Part shown: positions 47,026 to 61,112 of the stretch, piece by piece
How the letters are laid out: every line of letters begins with the position of its first letter
How positions within the stretch are numbered: the stretch's first letter is position 1
Assembly (NCBI RefSeq): GCF_009914755.1
Contig: NC_060932.1
Reading direction: 5' to 3' (one strand)
Origin: the human T2T-CHM13v2.0 reference genome, Homo sapiens
DNA: 64,000 bases
Program-made: the position numbers and the translations under genes
Notes under the pieces: model-generated
What the model was told of the DNA's origin: nothing
The model's database searches: none
Seen by the model: the letters and a program-made list of their open reading frames with translations, nothing else

Positions 47026-47795
47026 TACACTCACACACACACTCACACTCTCTCACACACACACACCCACCCCACACACACCCACACCCACCCCACACAC
47101 CCCCTACACACTCACACCCCCACACACTTATACACACCACCCACACATACACACAACCCACACAGACCCCCACACACACTCATACACACCCCCTACACAC
47201 ATACACAACCCCCACATACACCCCCACACTCATACACACCCACACACACCCCACATACACACTCATACACACACACTCATACACACACCGCCACACACCC
47301 ACAAACACACCCCACACACTCCTACAGACACACCCACACACATACCCCCCACACACTCCCATACCCCCCCACTCATACACACACATACACATCCCTACAC
47401 ACACCCCCACTCATACACCCCCACACACCCACACTCATACACACACACCCACGCACACATCCCCCCCAGACACCCCTCACAATCATACACACCCAACACA
47501 CCCACTCATACACACCCACACTCACACGCTCATACACCCCCCCACACTCATACACACACTCATACACCCCCCCACACACTCATACACATGCACTCATACA
47601 CACACACTCATACACCCCCATAAACTCATACACACCCCCACTCATACACACTCATACACCCCCCCACACTCATACCCACACTCATACACCCCCACTCATA
47701 CACACCCACACACTCACCCCCGCACACATACACACACACTCATACACACGCACAGACTCATACACACACCCCCATACACATACACCCCCCCCACA
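47026..47795. repeat. About 770-bp degenerate CA-rich repeat (recurring CACACTCATACACACCC)
   Basis: Almost G-free low-complexity block. Confidence 0.93.
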
Positions 47796-48278
47796 GAGGG
47801 GGGGTGTTTCACATAAGTATAATGTGACTAATGTATAGATGACTTAGGATAATGGCAGGTTTTCTACCTTGGTGGAAGCTTTTTAAAATTGTTACCCTTT
47901 CTGTTGCAAAATAAACCAAACATGCTTGCAAATGTGTCGCTGACTGCATGTGCTTTTCAGAGTTGGGTCACATTTCCAGCTGTCCTTTGGGAACTGTGCA
48001 GGGACACAAGGTCCCTGTCGCACAACCCTTCATCGTCTGCTCCTGCTGGGTAAGCGGACAGCGCACCAACAGCCTGTGACAACTGATGCTGGGGTATTCT
48101 TCTCCCCCAGGTGGTCCTTCTCTGCAGAGGGCGCTCAGGTCTCAGAGTAAAGCAGCCACAATGGTGATCTCCGCTGAGGCCACCCTTCCTCACTCTCCTG
48201 GGGGATCCTGCCTACTCCCTCAACACCCTCCCATCCCCTCCAGGTGCCAAGTGGCCACACCTCGTGCCCCGTCCTCAC

Positions 48279-48501
48279 CTCTGGCTTGTACGCTTTCCGG
48301 AATCTTGAGGGTCCGTCAGGGCTGAAGACCTGCCCAGGCACACAACTCACCACGGCCGGTAGCCCATTCTCGCAGGTGACATTCTTCATGGGGTCCAGTG
48401 ACACCTGGGGGCCCAGCTTGCAGCTGGAGATGTGGGCCTCTGTGCCGGTGCAGTCCATGGAGAATGGCCAGTAGCGCTGCTTCCTCCGTGAGGCAAACAT
48501 T
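48279..48501 (-). CDS. LOXL2: LOXL2 exon 5 (SRCR2 C-half and linker, MFASRRKQ...RFRKAYKPE)
   Basis: TGCAG|A acceptor; GAG|GTGAGG donor; 223 nt. Confidence 0.96.
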
Positions 48502-48928
48502 CTGCAGACGATGGGAGGGGACAGGGGACCAGGGCATCATGACGCCTACCCCGATTCCTTCTGCAACGAGGCAGAACATGAGAGACTGGGCCCTGCTCCT
48601 GGAGCTCAGCCCTGCTTCACAGAGGGTCCCAGCTCAGTCCATTCTGCCAGCATTCACTGAGCACCTGCTAATGCCTGCACCACACTAGGCACTGGGGGAC
48701 AGGACGCAGAGGGTGGACAAGGCCTCCTGCCCTCAGGCAGCTTCCATTCTAGGAAAGAAAGGACTCACTCAATGTGGTGAAATAATAATAATAAAGCCCA
48801 GGAACACAGAATGCACAAAGGTATTTAAAACAGGTGAGATCCCTGGTCCTAGAAAACCCCTCACAGTCGAAGGTAAACCATGTTTACCCTAACTCTTCAG
48901 ATAATTCCAACAAAATTTGTTGTCATTC

Positions 48929-49216
48929 TTTTTTTTTTCTGAGACAGAGTCTCACTCTATTCCCCCAGGCAGAAGTGCAGTGGTGCAATCACTGCAACCT
49001 CTGCCTCCCAGATTCAAGCAATTCTGCAGCCTCAGCCTCCTGAGTAGCTGGGACTACAGGTACCTGTCACCACGCCCAGCTAATTTTTGTATTTTTAGTA
49101 GAGACGGGGTTTCGCCATGTTGGCCAGGATGGTCTCAAACTCCTGATCTCAAATGATCTGCCTGCCTCGGCCTCCCAAAGTGCTGGGATTATAGGCATGG
49201 GCCACTGTGCCCAGCC
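48929..49216 (-). mobile_element. Alu (AluS-like)
   Basis: TSD TGTTGTCATTCTTT at 48918-31 and 49217-30. Confidence 0.92.
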
Positions 49217-49679
49217 TGTTGTCATTCTTTAGCTTTATTTTTCTTTGTCAATGAGCAGTACAAGCTGATTGCTAAACTCTCCCAACGATATACAAGATTA
49301 AATTTGTATTTCCAATGAGAAACAATGAAAACAGTCTTAAATTACTCCATCTGCTGAATCAAAGTACAATCTGCCTAGCAATAGAAATTATAATGGTAAT
49401 GCAACTACTGCTTCCTGCACCCAGGAAGATCAGTGAGGTTGAGCTTGTCTCTGTACCATATCCTAAGGAAGCCCTTAGCCTGTATTGTTAACATGTGCAA
49501 AGTGTTCCTTTGTATGTTTTTTTTTAAAGGCAGAATATAGATGCAGGTAATTCAGTTTTTTTTTTTTCTAAAACAGTAACCAACTGATAAGTAATAGATT
49601 GGCTACCAAAAAGGATACTGTACCTCAGTTTCTCATGTCCAAAATCAGAAGTAGTATCTGCTTCACTAGATTATTGTGA

Positions 49680-50240
<561 letters not shown>

Positions 50241-51499
50241 TGTTGTGACAGTTTAAATGAGTTAATACTTGTCACTTAAAACAGTGCCCAGAGATAGGAA
50301 GAGCTACATAAGAGTTTGTGAAATAAATAAGTAAATAAATAAAACTGTATTTGTTAAAGAAAAAAAAAGAAGAGTGACAGGAGGGAGGGATTCCATGGTT
50401 GGAGTGATGGGAGACTTTACGGAAGAGAAGCCTTTAAATTGGGCCCTCAATGATGGTGGGATCTGAAACAAAGGAGGTCCAGGAAGGCCCTGCTACCTGC
50501 TCATGTCGACCCAGCTTTTCAGGGCCCGTGTGCTTGTCCCTGCACGGCAGGACCCAGTAAGATGCCAGAAGGAGCCAGCAGAGGGTACTCGCTGGGCAGG
50601 CTGACCCCAAGACAGGGCAGAGGCGAGGTCCCATCCCTGCTGGTCCAGCAGCCCTGGAAGTACCTCCTTTGTCTCAGAGTGAATGGGGTGTGAAGACAGA
50701 GGAAGGGCAAATCCTACAGACACAGTTATCATCTCTCCTTAACCCAAATCTGAGACTTGTTACAATTCTAGTGTGCTTGTGAACACAATGACACGGAATC
50801 TTGCTGAGGACTATCCTGGCAAATTCAGGGTGCGTGCTCACCACAGCGGCAGCCCAGGGCAGAGAACTGCTCAGGAGGGCTATTAATAATTCCAGGAACC
50901 ACTGCCCTCCAGACACACTTCCTGCAAGGCCCCTGCACTTGGAAGCTTACAGCATGTTCCATGACGCCCACACAGGGGCGGGAGAAGATACTCGGGGGAA
51001 CACCAGCTGCTCGAGGATTGGTCAGACCTCACCGCCTGCCTTGGCTCAGGAAAACCCCTCTGCTTCCAGCCGTCAGTGAGCGCCACCCTCTCCAGGAACA
51101 GATGTCCTGCGTTCTAAATGAAGAGTGCAGAGCCCACAGCAAACAACTGTCCCCAGCAGCCCGGATCCCTCTGACATCAGCCCCCAGGAATGTGCTGCAG
51201 ACCCTCTAGCACGTTCAGGCCTCCCAGGGGATACCCTCCCCTCCCCTCCTCCATCCCAGTGTTTCACTGGGGACAGGCCTCTGAGCTGCAGACGGAGGCC
51301 CACGGAGGGTGGAAGACAGCCCACCCCGCTCCAGACCTGGAGACTGGAGGAGTGACTGGAGTGAGTGAGGCAGCCTTGAGTGGAGTGGAGCGGGAAGCCT
51401 GCCTGTGAAAGAGGCAGCTAGGCCAATAGCTGGACTGTAGGAAGAACACGGAGCTGGACTGATTCAACCAAGAGTCCTACCGACCGGTGCTCCCCTTGC

Positions 51500-52560
51500 C
51501 AAGAGTGAAGGCAGATGCCGTGGGATTCTGCCAGCTGCTGAGTACATCTATTTCCATGATGCTTTCCGGAAGTGGGGAAATAGCACAGAATGGGTTTCAG
51601 ATGGACGTAAGCTAAAAACCCATAAGCCCCCACTTTGATGTTCTGGGTCTCCTAGAATTACTGTCAGCTCAGAACCAGTGGCCAGTAGTCCAAAAGATCT
51701 GATTATTTCCTTTTCTCCAATGCACGCTCATCCTGGTGAAAGGTGTCTTTGGAGAACTGGGAGAAAGAATACAGTATAGATTTCTGGCAGGCTACGAGGG
51801 TGCTTCCTTGAGGGTACCCAGCCTTTCCCTCATTCAAGAGCTTCCAGTCTGATAAAACTGGCTCAAGTACGGGAATGGATTGAGGGGTCATGACTCTACT
51901 CTGCTTTTATGATTTGGGATAGACTTTTGTTTGCTTGACCTAGAAGTTTTCTGCTTACACAGATTAAGTACGAACTTAGTAGGCTTCCTGTCTATTTCAC
52001 TTCGAGGAACATCATGATCAACCAGCCAACACCACAGGTCTGCAGCAGTCAGACTGATTTCTGCTTTGACTCCACTGTCCAATAGGGTCAGCACGTCCAC
52101 CTTGCCTTTGGTAGTACTACAGCCACGGGGCCCCCGCCACCCTGGAGCCAATTACTCCGGTCGCATTCAGGTTACTGGTTCAGTGGCTGCTGTTCCTGCT
52201 GTGAGGTCTGGCCTTCAGAGAAGAGTGATCACAGCTCCTCAAGGAGGCTGGAGCTCCTTTCATATATTTACTTCTCACCATCAAGGTGAAAGGCGTGTCT
52301 TCAGGAGCTTCCCAGCGTGGGTGAGGAGGTCTTAAAGGTAAGATCCACTCTAACATCCAACCTCCCTAAGCTTTTGAATTCTGTCCTCTACACACAACAG
52401 AGGCAGGGTCAGCATTTCTACTCACTCACTGTGGGCCACACTTTGGTCCACATTTCAGCCAACCAACCAGGCAAACCGCTGGAGGCCTTTCTAACTTCCT
52501 CAGCTGCAACATTAAATGCAGAATCTCTGCTTAGAGAGCTCATTTCAATTAAATGATGTC
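51500..52560 (-). mobile_element. HERV-L/ERVL internal relic (gag C-terminus and protease), degenerate
   Basis: Minus-strand peptides LSRDSAFNVAA, VPRSEIDRKPT...KQKTSRS, GLLATGSELTVILGDP (decayed DTG motif). Confidence 0.8.
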
Positions 52561-52809
52561 AGTATTGGGATCCTACTTTTGGGAGAACAAAATTATGACT
52601 ACAAAATGCTCCCTCTTGGCACCAGGAATGGGGGCCTGAAGTTTAAGCTTCATTAGCTTTAAGGTACATGCATTGCACCCCAGCCCGGTGTGGAAGTCAG
52701 TGCCACGGCCACACCAATCAGAGAGCAGGCCTTGGTGAGGAGCCCCTGACTCTACTTTTGGCAAGCCTGTGGCTGCAGAGACCTCTGGGGTATGTGCAGG
52801 TAACTGGAG

Positions 52810-53173
52810 GGTATTAGTCCATTCTCATGCTGCTAATAAAGACATACCCGAGCCTGGGTAATTTATAAAGGAAAGAGGTTCAATAAGCTCAACAGTTTCA
52901 CGTGACTGGGGAAGCCTCACCATCATGGCAGAAGGTGAAGGAGGAACAAAGGCACGTCTTACATGACAGCAGGCAAGAGAGCGTGTGCAGGGGAACTGGC
53001 CTTTATAAAACCATCAGGTCTCATGAGACTTATTCACTATCATGAGAACAGCATGGGAAAAACCCACACCCATGATTCAGTTACCTCCCACTGGGTCCCT
53101 CCCACGACATGTGGGGTTATGGGAGCCACAATTCAAGATGAGATTTGGGTGGGGACACAGCCAAACCGTATCA
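52810..53173 (-). mobile_element. THE1 (THE1B/C-like) MaLR solo LTR
   Basis: GTATTAGTCC...AAAGACATACCCGAG...GATGAGATTTGGGTGGGGACACAGCCAAACCGTATCA. Confidence 0.9.
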
Positions 53174-55871
53174 CTAGGGGAAGCAGAGGTGCTGAGGAAG
53201 AGCTGCAGTTGGTGGCCAGGGGGCAGCTCTAAGGCTTCCGAGTGGCCACCAGCCCAGCAGGTTCACAGAGGGAGCCAGTCCAGTAAGGCAGCAGCGGGGT
53301 GGGGGGGCCCAAGGTGGGGGGCCCTCGGGGGTTAAGCAGGTGAGCTTCCGAGGCTATAAGGTCCTTCACGGGCCTTGGTGGATACATGGAGATTACTAAC
53401 TCCACCCCAGACTGGGAATTACTTTGAAAATAATTTCCTGCAGAGTGGGCAGTGCTGCATGGCGGGAGGGAAGGGGGTCCCTTCTTGGGCCTCAGAGGTG
53501 TGCTGCCAGCAACAGCAGCCACAGGCTGTAGGAAGAGGGAAAGGGACATGGGAAAGATGCAACTGCAAGCCACTGCTTCAAGGGCCGGGCAGGGTGGTGG
53601 TCCTCAGTCTGCCTTCCAGACCTCTGCAGTCCTCAGCTTCTGAGCAGCGCCCATGGATATCCCTAGTCCCAGGCCAGTCCTGCCACAACCCTCAGACTGG
53701 CCAGAGCTTCTGAGCTGGCCCTACCCCCGGGAGAAGAGGAGCTGCAGCAGGGCCAGCAGGTGGAGACTGCTGGGTGGTGCTCTCCCTGAAGCAGACCTGG
53801 GCTGTCCTGCAGGCTCTGCTGGGTGTGGGCTGTGACACCCTGAGTCCACTGCCCTTCAGGCCTCTTCCATGTTCTCTTCCAGGCAGACCCAGGGCTTAGG
53901 CCAGTGGTCTCTGAGCCTTATCATTCCCTAGGAGTCCTAGCCCTTTGCTGGCAGCTCAGCCCCGACAGCCCACCGAGGCACAGAAAGCCTTCCCAGCACC
54001 TTTCTCTTTGGGACACATGTAGGCCTAACTGTCAACTGAGTCCCAGAGACGAACACAAAATGACAGGGCCAAGCTGAGAAGGTCGTGCTTCCCTTCCCAC
54101 TCCTCTGCTAGGAAGGCAGCCCCACCTCTCCAGCTAGAAGGCTGCAGGAGGGGCTGGTTTCCAGCAGCTTCTGTTCTTCATCACCCATCCTGCAGACAGC
54201 ACCACCCACCACCCCCTCCTTGGATCGCTCTCAGCCTTGGAAGCCTTATCCTCCCCGTCCTTGAAAAGGCAAAGCCACAGACGAGAGGGTGGGAGGGGCA
54301 GGATGGGGGTTCCAATCCAGCACGTGACAGGATTACCCAGGGCCCAGCTGCCGAAACTGGCCTGAGATCAACTCCTCAAAAGCCGAGAAGGACTCTGGAC
54401 TGGCCACGGTTGGGAGATGGCTTCCAAACGCCATCTGAACAAGGCGCGTGCTGTCCAGCTTAGAACAGCAGCCAGGCTGGGGGCACTGGTAGGGCCAGCC
54501 AGGTAGGAAGCCTGCCAGGGAGGGGGTTTGCTTTTCTTGGCTCCGACTGGTAAGAAAAGCTGAGAAGGTATCACCAAGGAAGGAGTCGGGTGGGAGTTCT
54601 CCAAAGTATTCAGAGGACGGCGACTCCTGGTGCCAACAGGAAGGTCTGGGCCATGTCTGGGGACTGGAATCACCATCATGGCCAGCCTGGGGTGTTGTGT
54701 GCTCACCCAAATGGGCAGCTCTGCAGCTGCACTGACCCACCCATGTGAGGGGCTGGGGGCTGGGACAAAATTATGGCCCACCCCGTCCAGGCAGGGCTGG
54801 GCCAGGATCAGGGAGGGATATGTGGTCTGCCCGGCACCCCAGGGAGCTGGTGGGTACAGCTGGGGCTTCAAGCCAGGTCTCCTGACATGGAAGCCACATC
54901 TTTTCTTCCTCTGATTTGGAAGGAAAGAGACAGTGCTGTGAGTCTGCACCCTCTAAGAGTGTGGACCCTATAGCTGGACACAGGGGACCTCCAGAGGCCA
55001 GGGTGTGCGTGAGGCCTGGATCTGCCCCTTCCTGGTTCTATCACCTTTCTCCAGTTTACTCAACTCTAAAACAGACTCCTATTTCCCAGTGGTGGTGCGA
55101 GGATTAAATGACTGAGAATAGTGCCTGGCACATTATAAGTCTTTGGTAAAGCCAAGCCAGTATTCCTATCATTATTAAGAGGAGGGAGGAACACCCCATG
55201 ACCAACCAAGTATACCCCAAGTATACGCCAGCCATCAGCTTGTTGGGGTGCTGGAATCCTTCCACTGGACACCCCTTAAGTCAAAATGACTCCAGGTTCT
55301 GTCCCTGTCTACTTCTTTCCCCTACTGGGAAATATTAACCTTAGTGATCATCACAGTATTGTCAGATTTAACTGGGATTGGATGAAGTGAACTGCACGGA
55401 CCAGTGTCTCAATTACCTGCTGCAACTTCCAGATTTCTCAGAAGAATCATTTGCCAAGAGCAAGTAAATATTTCTTCTTAAGTTGGTGTTGTCTGTGCCC
55501 AGCCTGGCCAGGGTATTGCCCTAGCCTAGCTCGTGCAGTCCCTGAGCTGGCCGGCAGCACCCTGAGCTGGGGTTCTCTGGGCTGGGGGCAGCTTGCATCT
55601 CACTTCTGCAATACGCCTTCCCACAAGCTACTCTAGGGATTAGGGTCTATCTCCTGTAGATGTGTGAGTTCCTTAAGGGTAAGGATGCCACGGGGCACCC
55701 TTGAACTTGGCGCCTGGCCCGGCCCAGGGGCTCTGTGCAGGCTGCCTGCAGGGACACCAGCTTGCCTGGCCATGCCTGGCCAAGGAAAGGCCACCACCAG
55801 GGCGGACACTTTTAACTCTTTTAGGCAGGGCGGATACCCTCAAAGCCACCCCTTTGGTGCAGTCCTCTTAC

Positions 55872-56083
55872 TTGTACACTTTGGTATTGTATGTCCTCTC
55901 CCCAGGGAAGCCAAACATGCCGCAGACCACGCGGGAATTCTTGGCCGTCCAGTGCTTGTCACAGATCTGCTTCCAGGTCTTGCCCTCCTTCACCTCCACG
56001 TAGCCCTCCATCACTGGGGTGCGCTTGCGGTAGGTTGAGAGGATGGCTCGAATCCGAATGTCCTCCACCTGGATATTCAGGTT
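55872..56083 (-). CDS. LOXL2: LOXL2 exon 4 (SRCR2 N-half, NLNIQVEDIRIR...TKVYK); upstream exons lie outside the window
   Basis: CCCAG|AAC acceptor; AA|GTAAGA donor; 212 nt. Confidence 0.96.
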
Positions 56084-57248
56084 CTGGGAAGAAAGAGGCG
56101 TGGAAGGAGAGGGTTACCCTACTGGCCTGGCTGCAGAGACACCAGGCAACCAGTACTTCTTTAGCGACTATGGGCCAGGCCTGCCGCGGGCCTGCCTGTG
56201 CCCTCAGGCCCTGCAGTGAGCTCTGGGCAACCCCGAGGGGCACACGGCCCAAGCTGCAGTTAGAAAGCGCTATGCATGGGAGATAGTGAGGCTGAAAGGA
56301 CCCAACAGGGAGTGGGGTGACCTGGAACAGTCAGAAAAGACTCAGAGACCCCATGGGCTTCTCCTACATCCGAACCTAAGATCTTGGAGAGCAAAGGGCA
56401 GCAGCCTCCTCCTGCACAGGCCTCGAAATAAATGCACAGGAGAGAAAGTGTTCTTTGAATGCGGATTTTGCATTTCACTCCAAAGTATGTGTGTATGTGC
56501 CTGTGAGTGTGTCTGTGTGTGTCTCCCTGATTCATCTTTCAGTAAAACTTGAGTTTCAGATAGAGGACCCCCAGATGTCCTGAAGCTGGTGGTGCCACCC
56601 TGCAGACTACCTCATACCCCAGGGGTGGGCATTCCTCTCTTCAAAAATCCTTAGAGAGGCCTGAGAGAAGAAGCAGGGCTTAGAGAGAAACGAAGCAGAT
56701 ATTCCTGGTGTTGAGCGTGCTGTGTGCAGAGACTCACACCTGCCTGGCAGGGATCAGGGAGGTAGGGTTGGGGACAACTATTTGGCTGCAGCAAGGAAAG
56801 GAGACACAGCAAGGAAAGGAGACACTTTGAGCCCCTTAGAGGGTTCCCTTCCCACACCCACCCCACCCATCTATCTGTGGAGTAAAGGACAGAGGCTGGG
56901 GTCAGGGTTGGAAAGATTCATTGGCAGGGCCCTTTGGGAGGAAGTGGAGGAGGGCTGGAGGGGCATGGGCGAGAGGAAGGCGCCTGCCTCCCTGCCACGT
57001 GGGTGTTCCCCCTCCCTCGACGTGGAGCTGAAATATCCCTGTACCACCTAGACCTGAGTCCCAGGGATCGGGCAGGAGAGGGGGCCTCAAGAGGCCAAGC
57101 TGAATGAGAGGAGAAGAGGTTCCCTGGAGTTACAGTGGCACTTTTTAATGCCTTTCCAAGACATGCCATAACAGGCTCCAAACTCTATGGAAGCTCCCCC
57201 CTAAATCACTCATGGCCAGCCATCACCAGCTCTTGCGACAGTCCCTGA

Positions 57249-57928
<680 letters not shown>

Positions 57929-59214
57929 CTCTTTCTAAAACACAGATCTAACCTTGTCCCTTGACTAGCTCCTCTTTGTCTATGTAATACCCTAATATTG
58001 AGCAAGATGCTCTCGGCCATTCAGGACTGATTCCACTTATGCCTCCAGCCCCCTCACTGTCCCCAGCTTCACATGGATCCACAAACACCATGAATTGCAG
58101 TATATAATAGCAACAGCTACCGCAAAGCATGCACCAGGTACCCAGCCCTATGTCAAGTGTCTTCCTTGCATTCTCCTACTTAACCCTCGCACGCTGTAAT
58201 GAGGTGGTTGATAGCTACTGCCATCCCCACCTTACAGATGAGAATACCAGCTGACTCCAGTTCCCTCCCTAGGGCCACCCCGAGGTGCAGTGGAAGACAC
58301 ACACACTGTGGGCGGGCCAGGGACTGGGAGGTGGGGCTGGTCCAAGCCGGGCTGGAAGGCAGGAGGAACCCAGCACCCCGACTGCCCCAGCCCTGTCCAA
58401 CTGAGATGCAAATGAACCACGAGTTTGAACAGAACCATTCTTTGGGTGCCCAGGGATTCACGTCTCCTCGCCATGGGCTTCAGGGTCCACAGCCAGGCCC
58501 TACTCTCAGGTCCTGCAAGGCGGTGGAAAGTATGTGGGCCTGGAGTGATGGCACTTGGCTCCGTTTCCTTTCCACCACAGCAGAAGGAATGCTGCCAGGG
58601 GCAGGATTATGCCTTCCAGCCTGGATCCTGGATCCTTTACAGCCCTCATTCAGGCCGCAGGACCCGTGCCACCAAGACATGTGGACAGGGGTGAGCCAAG
58701 AAAGGGCCTGAGGTCTAAACCCAGCCCACAAGCCGGCCCTCTTCTGTCTCTTCCCACCTCGGGAGGCTGGGCTGGAATTCCAGTGTGTAACTGTCATGCC
58801 CAGAAGGAAAGTTACTGCCTAGCATCAAGACTGCACTTCACAGGGCAGGCGGCCCGGGCTGACCTTCAGTTCACAGATCCTTTCCCCTGCGTTGGGCAGC
58901 AGTGCAGGCTCGCTGCAGGGAAGGTGTGACCCCCAGCACCTGGCCGCCACAGGAGGAGGAAGAAGGCCTGGCTGGAGGAGCTCAGCAGACCCCGCTGGAA
59001 AGAGCTACGCGGGCCTGAGGCCAGCACACACCAACCCAAACGCCAAGGGAGCTTGCTCTCGTTCCTGCGATGATGCGGGACAGTTTCCTCCGCTGAATAG
59101 GGCTGGTGGGGAGAGCCCCGGGGGCTCCACGATGAAGGCAATGCAGCCTGGAGAAGAGAAAGGGCTAGCACCGGGGGTCATTATCCTCATTTTTCCACCG
59201 ACTCACTGCATATG

Positions 59215-59625
59215 TGTTTATGCATCTCTGTGTATGTGTATGGTGGTGTGTGCTTGATGGTCTGTGTGTGTGTGGTGTGTATCTCTGTGTCTGTGTGTGT
59301 GCATGGTGGTGTGTGCTTGATGGTCTGTGTGTGGTGTGTATCTCTGTGTCTCTGTGTGTGCACGGGGGTATATGCATGATGGTGTGTTTCTGAGTGTCTG
59401 CATGTCCATGTGTCATATGAGCCCCTGTATATGTCTCTGTGTGTGTGTCTCTGGGATTGTGTGTCTCTGGGATTGTGTGTCTGTGTGCATGATGATGTAT
59501 GCATGACAGGGTTGTGTGTGTGTGCCGGTGTGTCATGTGGATCTCTGTGCACTCTCCCTGTATGTGTCTATGTCACATGGGTCTCTGTATGTATAAAGTG
59601 TGCATCTGTTTGTGTGTCTTGTGGT
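59215..59625. repeat. TG-rich low-complexity region with an internal ~60-bp duplication
   Basis: ATGGTGGTGTGTGCTTGATGGTCTGTGTG occurs twice. Confidence 0.85.
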
Positions 59626-60666
59626 GGAGGAAATTCTGAAAGGATCGTGTTCCTTGCAAGGCCTTAGGAAAACAGTCAGGACACCATTCGCACTCATTCC
59701 TTCAAACTGGACCGTCTTCTCTTCTTCTCCCTCCAAAGAACCAAAGCCTTTCCAGTCTTTAAGGCTCAAATCTACCGTATGCATTCATTTAACAAAATGC
59801 AGTCTCTGCCCTCCTTGGGCCTTGCTGGGCTTCCTCCTTACACCCCAACCACAGCGCCCTGTGTCAGCTTTGAATAATGACAGCTATGGGCATCATTTAT
59901 CAAACACCAATTAATTGCAGGCTAGGTTCCATACAGAAAACTTTACATCCACTCCATTATTCAATCCCCATGGCAGCTTTCAAGATGGCTCATGGTCCAC
60001 CTGTTTAGAGGTAAAAACATGATAAATCTTGGCAAGCTTTTGGAAGTTATCCAAGTTCACACAGCCAGTAAGTAGGTAAACAAGTATGCAAATTGAGTTC
60101 TGACCCCCAAACCCGTGCTCCAGGCTCATAATGACCACTGGTCTCTGAGCAGTCCTCATCTCATGCCTGTGTCCAATACATTGCCTGGTACTGAGGGTGA
60201 CTCACCCAGGGCAGGGCCTGGAGCTCAGAATTCTGGGTGTCCCCTTCAACCAGCTGAAGGGTGCTGGTGCTGTGCACATTGGAAACCCAGCACCCCATGT
60301 CGAGGGGCAGTGAGTCAGACTGGATTGTGTACGTGAGGGGAGAGCTGGGCTCCCAGCATTCTTGTCTTCAGGCCAGCGGGAGGAGGCAGGGAAGCCCTCT
60401 GGGGCACACATTCGGTGCTCACACTAGCTAACCAGCTCACGGAGACTGAGTTAGACCTCTTAGAAAACACGCCCACACACATAACCTCTCTCTTTACTTC
60501 ACTGCTGTGGAATCCCTTCCATAACCACAAGTGTTAGGATACATTTTGCCCCAGGAGTTCAGCCCCAAAAGTGAAAAGAAAGTGTGAAATATTAAAATAT
60601 ACACACACTTTTTTTTCTTTTTTAAATGAAAGGCAGTCTAGACTTGCTAGTTTAAAATTCAGCCCC

Positions 60667-61112
60667 AGCCGGGCTCAGTGGCTCACGCCTGTAATCCCAG
60701 CACTTTGGGAGGCCGAGGCAGGCGGATCACGAGGTCAGGAGATTGGGACCATCCTGGCTAACACGGTGAAACCCTGTCTCTACTAAAAATACAAAAAATT
60801 AGCCAGGCATGGTGGCGGGCGCCTGTAGTCCCAGCTACTCGGGAGGCTGAGGCAGGATAATGGTGTGAACCTGGGAGGCGGAGGTTGCAGTGAGCTCAGA
60901 CCACACTACTGCACTCTAGCCTGGGCGACAGAGCGAGACTCCGTCTCAAAAATAAAATAAAATAATAAAATAAAATAAAATAAAATTAAATTAAATTAAA
61001 ATAAAATAAAAAATAAAATAAAATAAAATAAAATAAATAAAAAAATAAAATAAAATAAAATAAATAAAATAATAAAATAAAATAAAATAAAATAAATAAA
61101 ATAAAATAAAAT
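60667..61112 (+). mobile_element. AluY-like element with a ~165-bp (AAAAT)n tail
   Basis: TSD AAAATTCAGCCCCA; tail spans 60948-61116. Confidence 0.93.
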
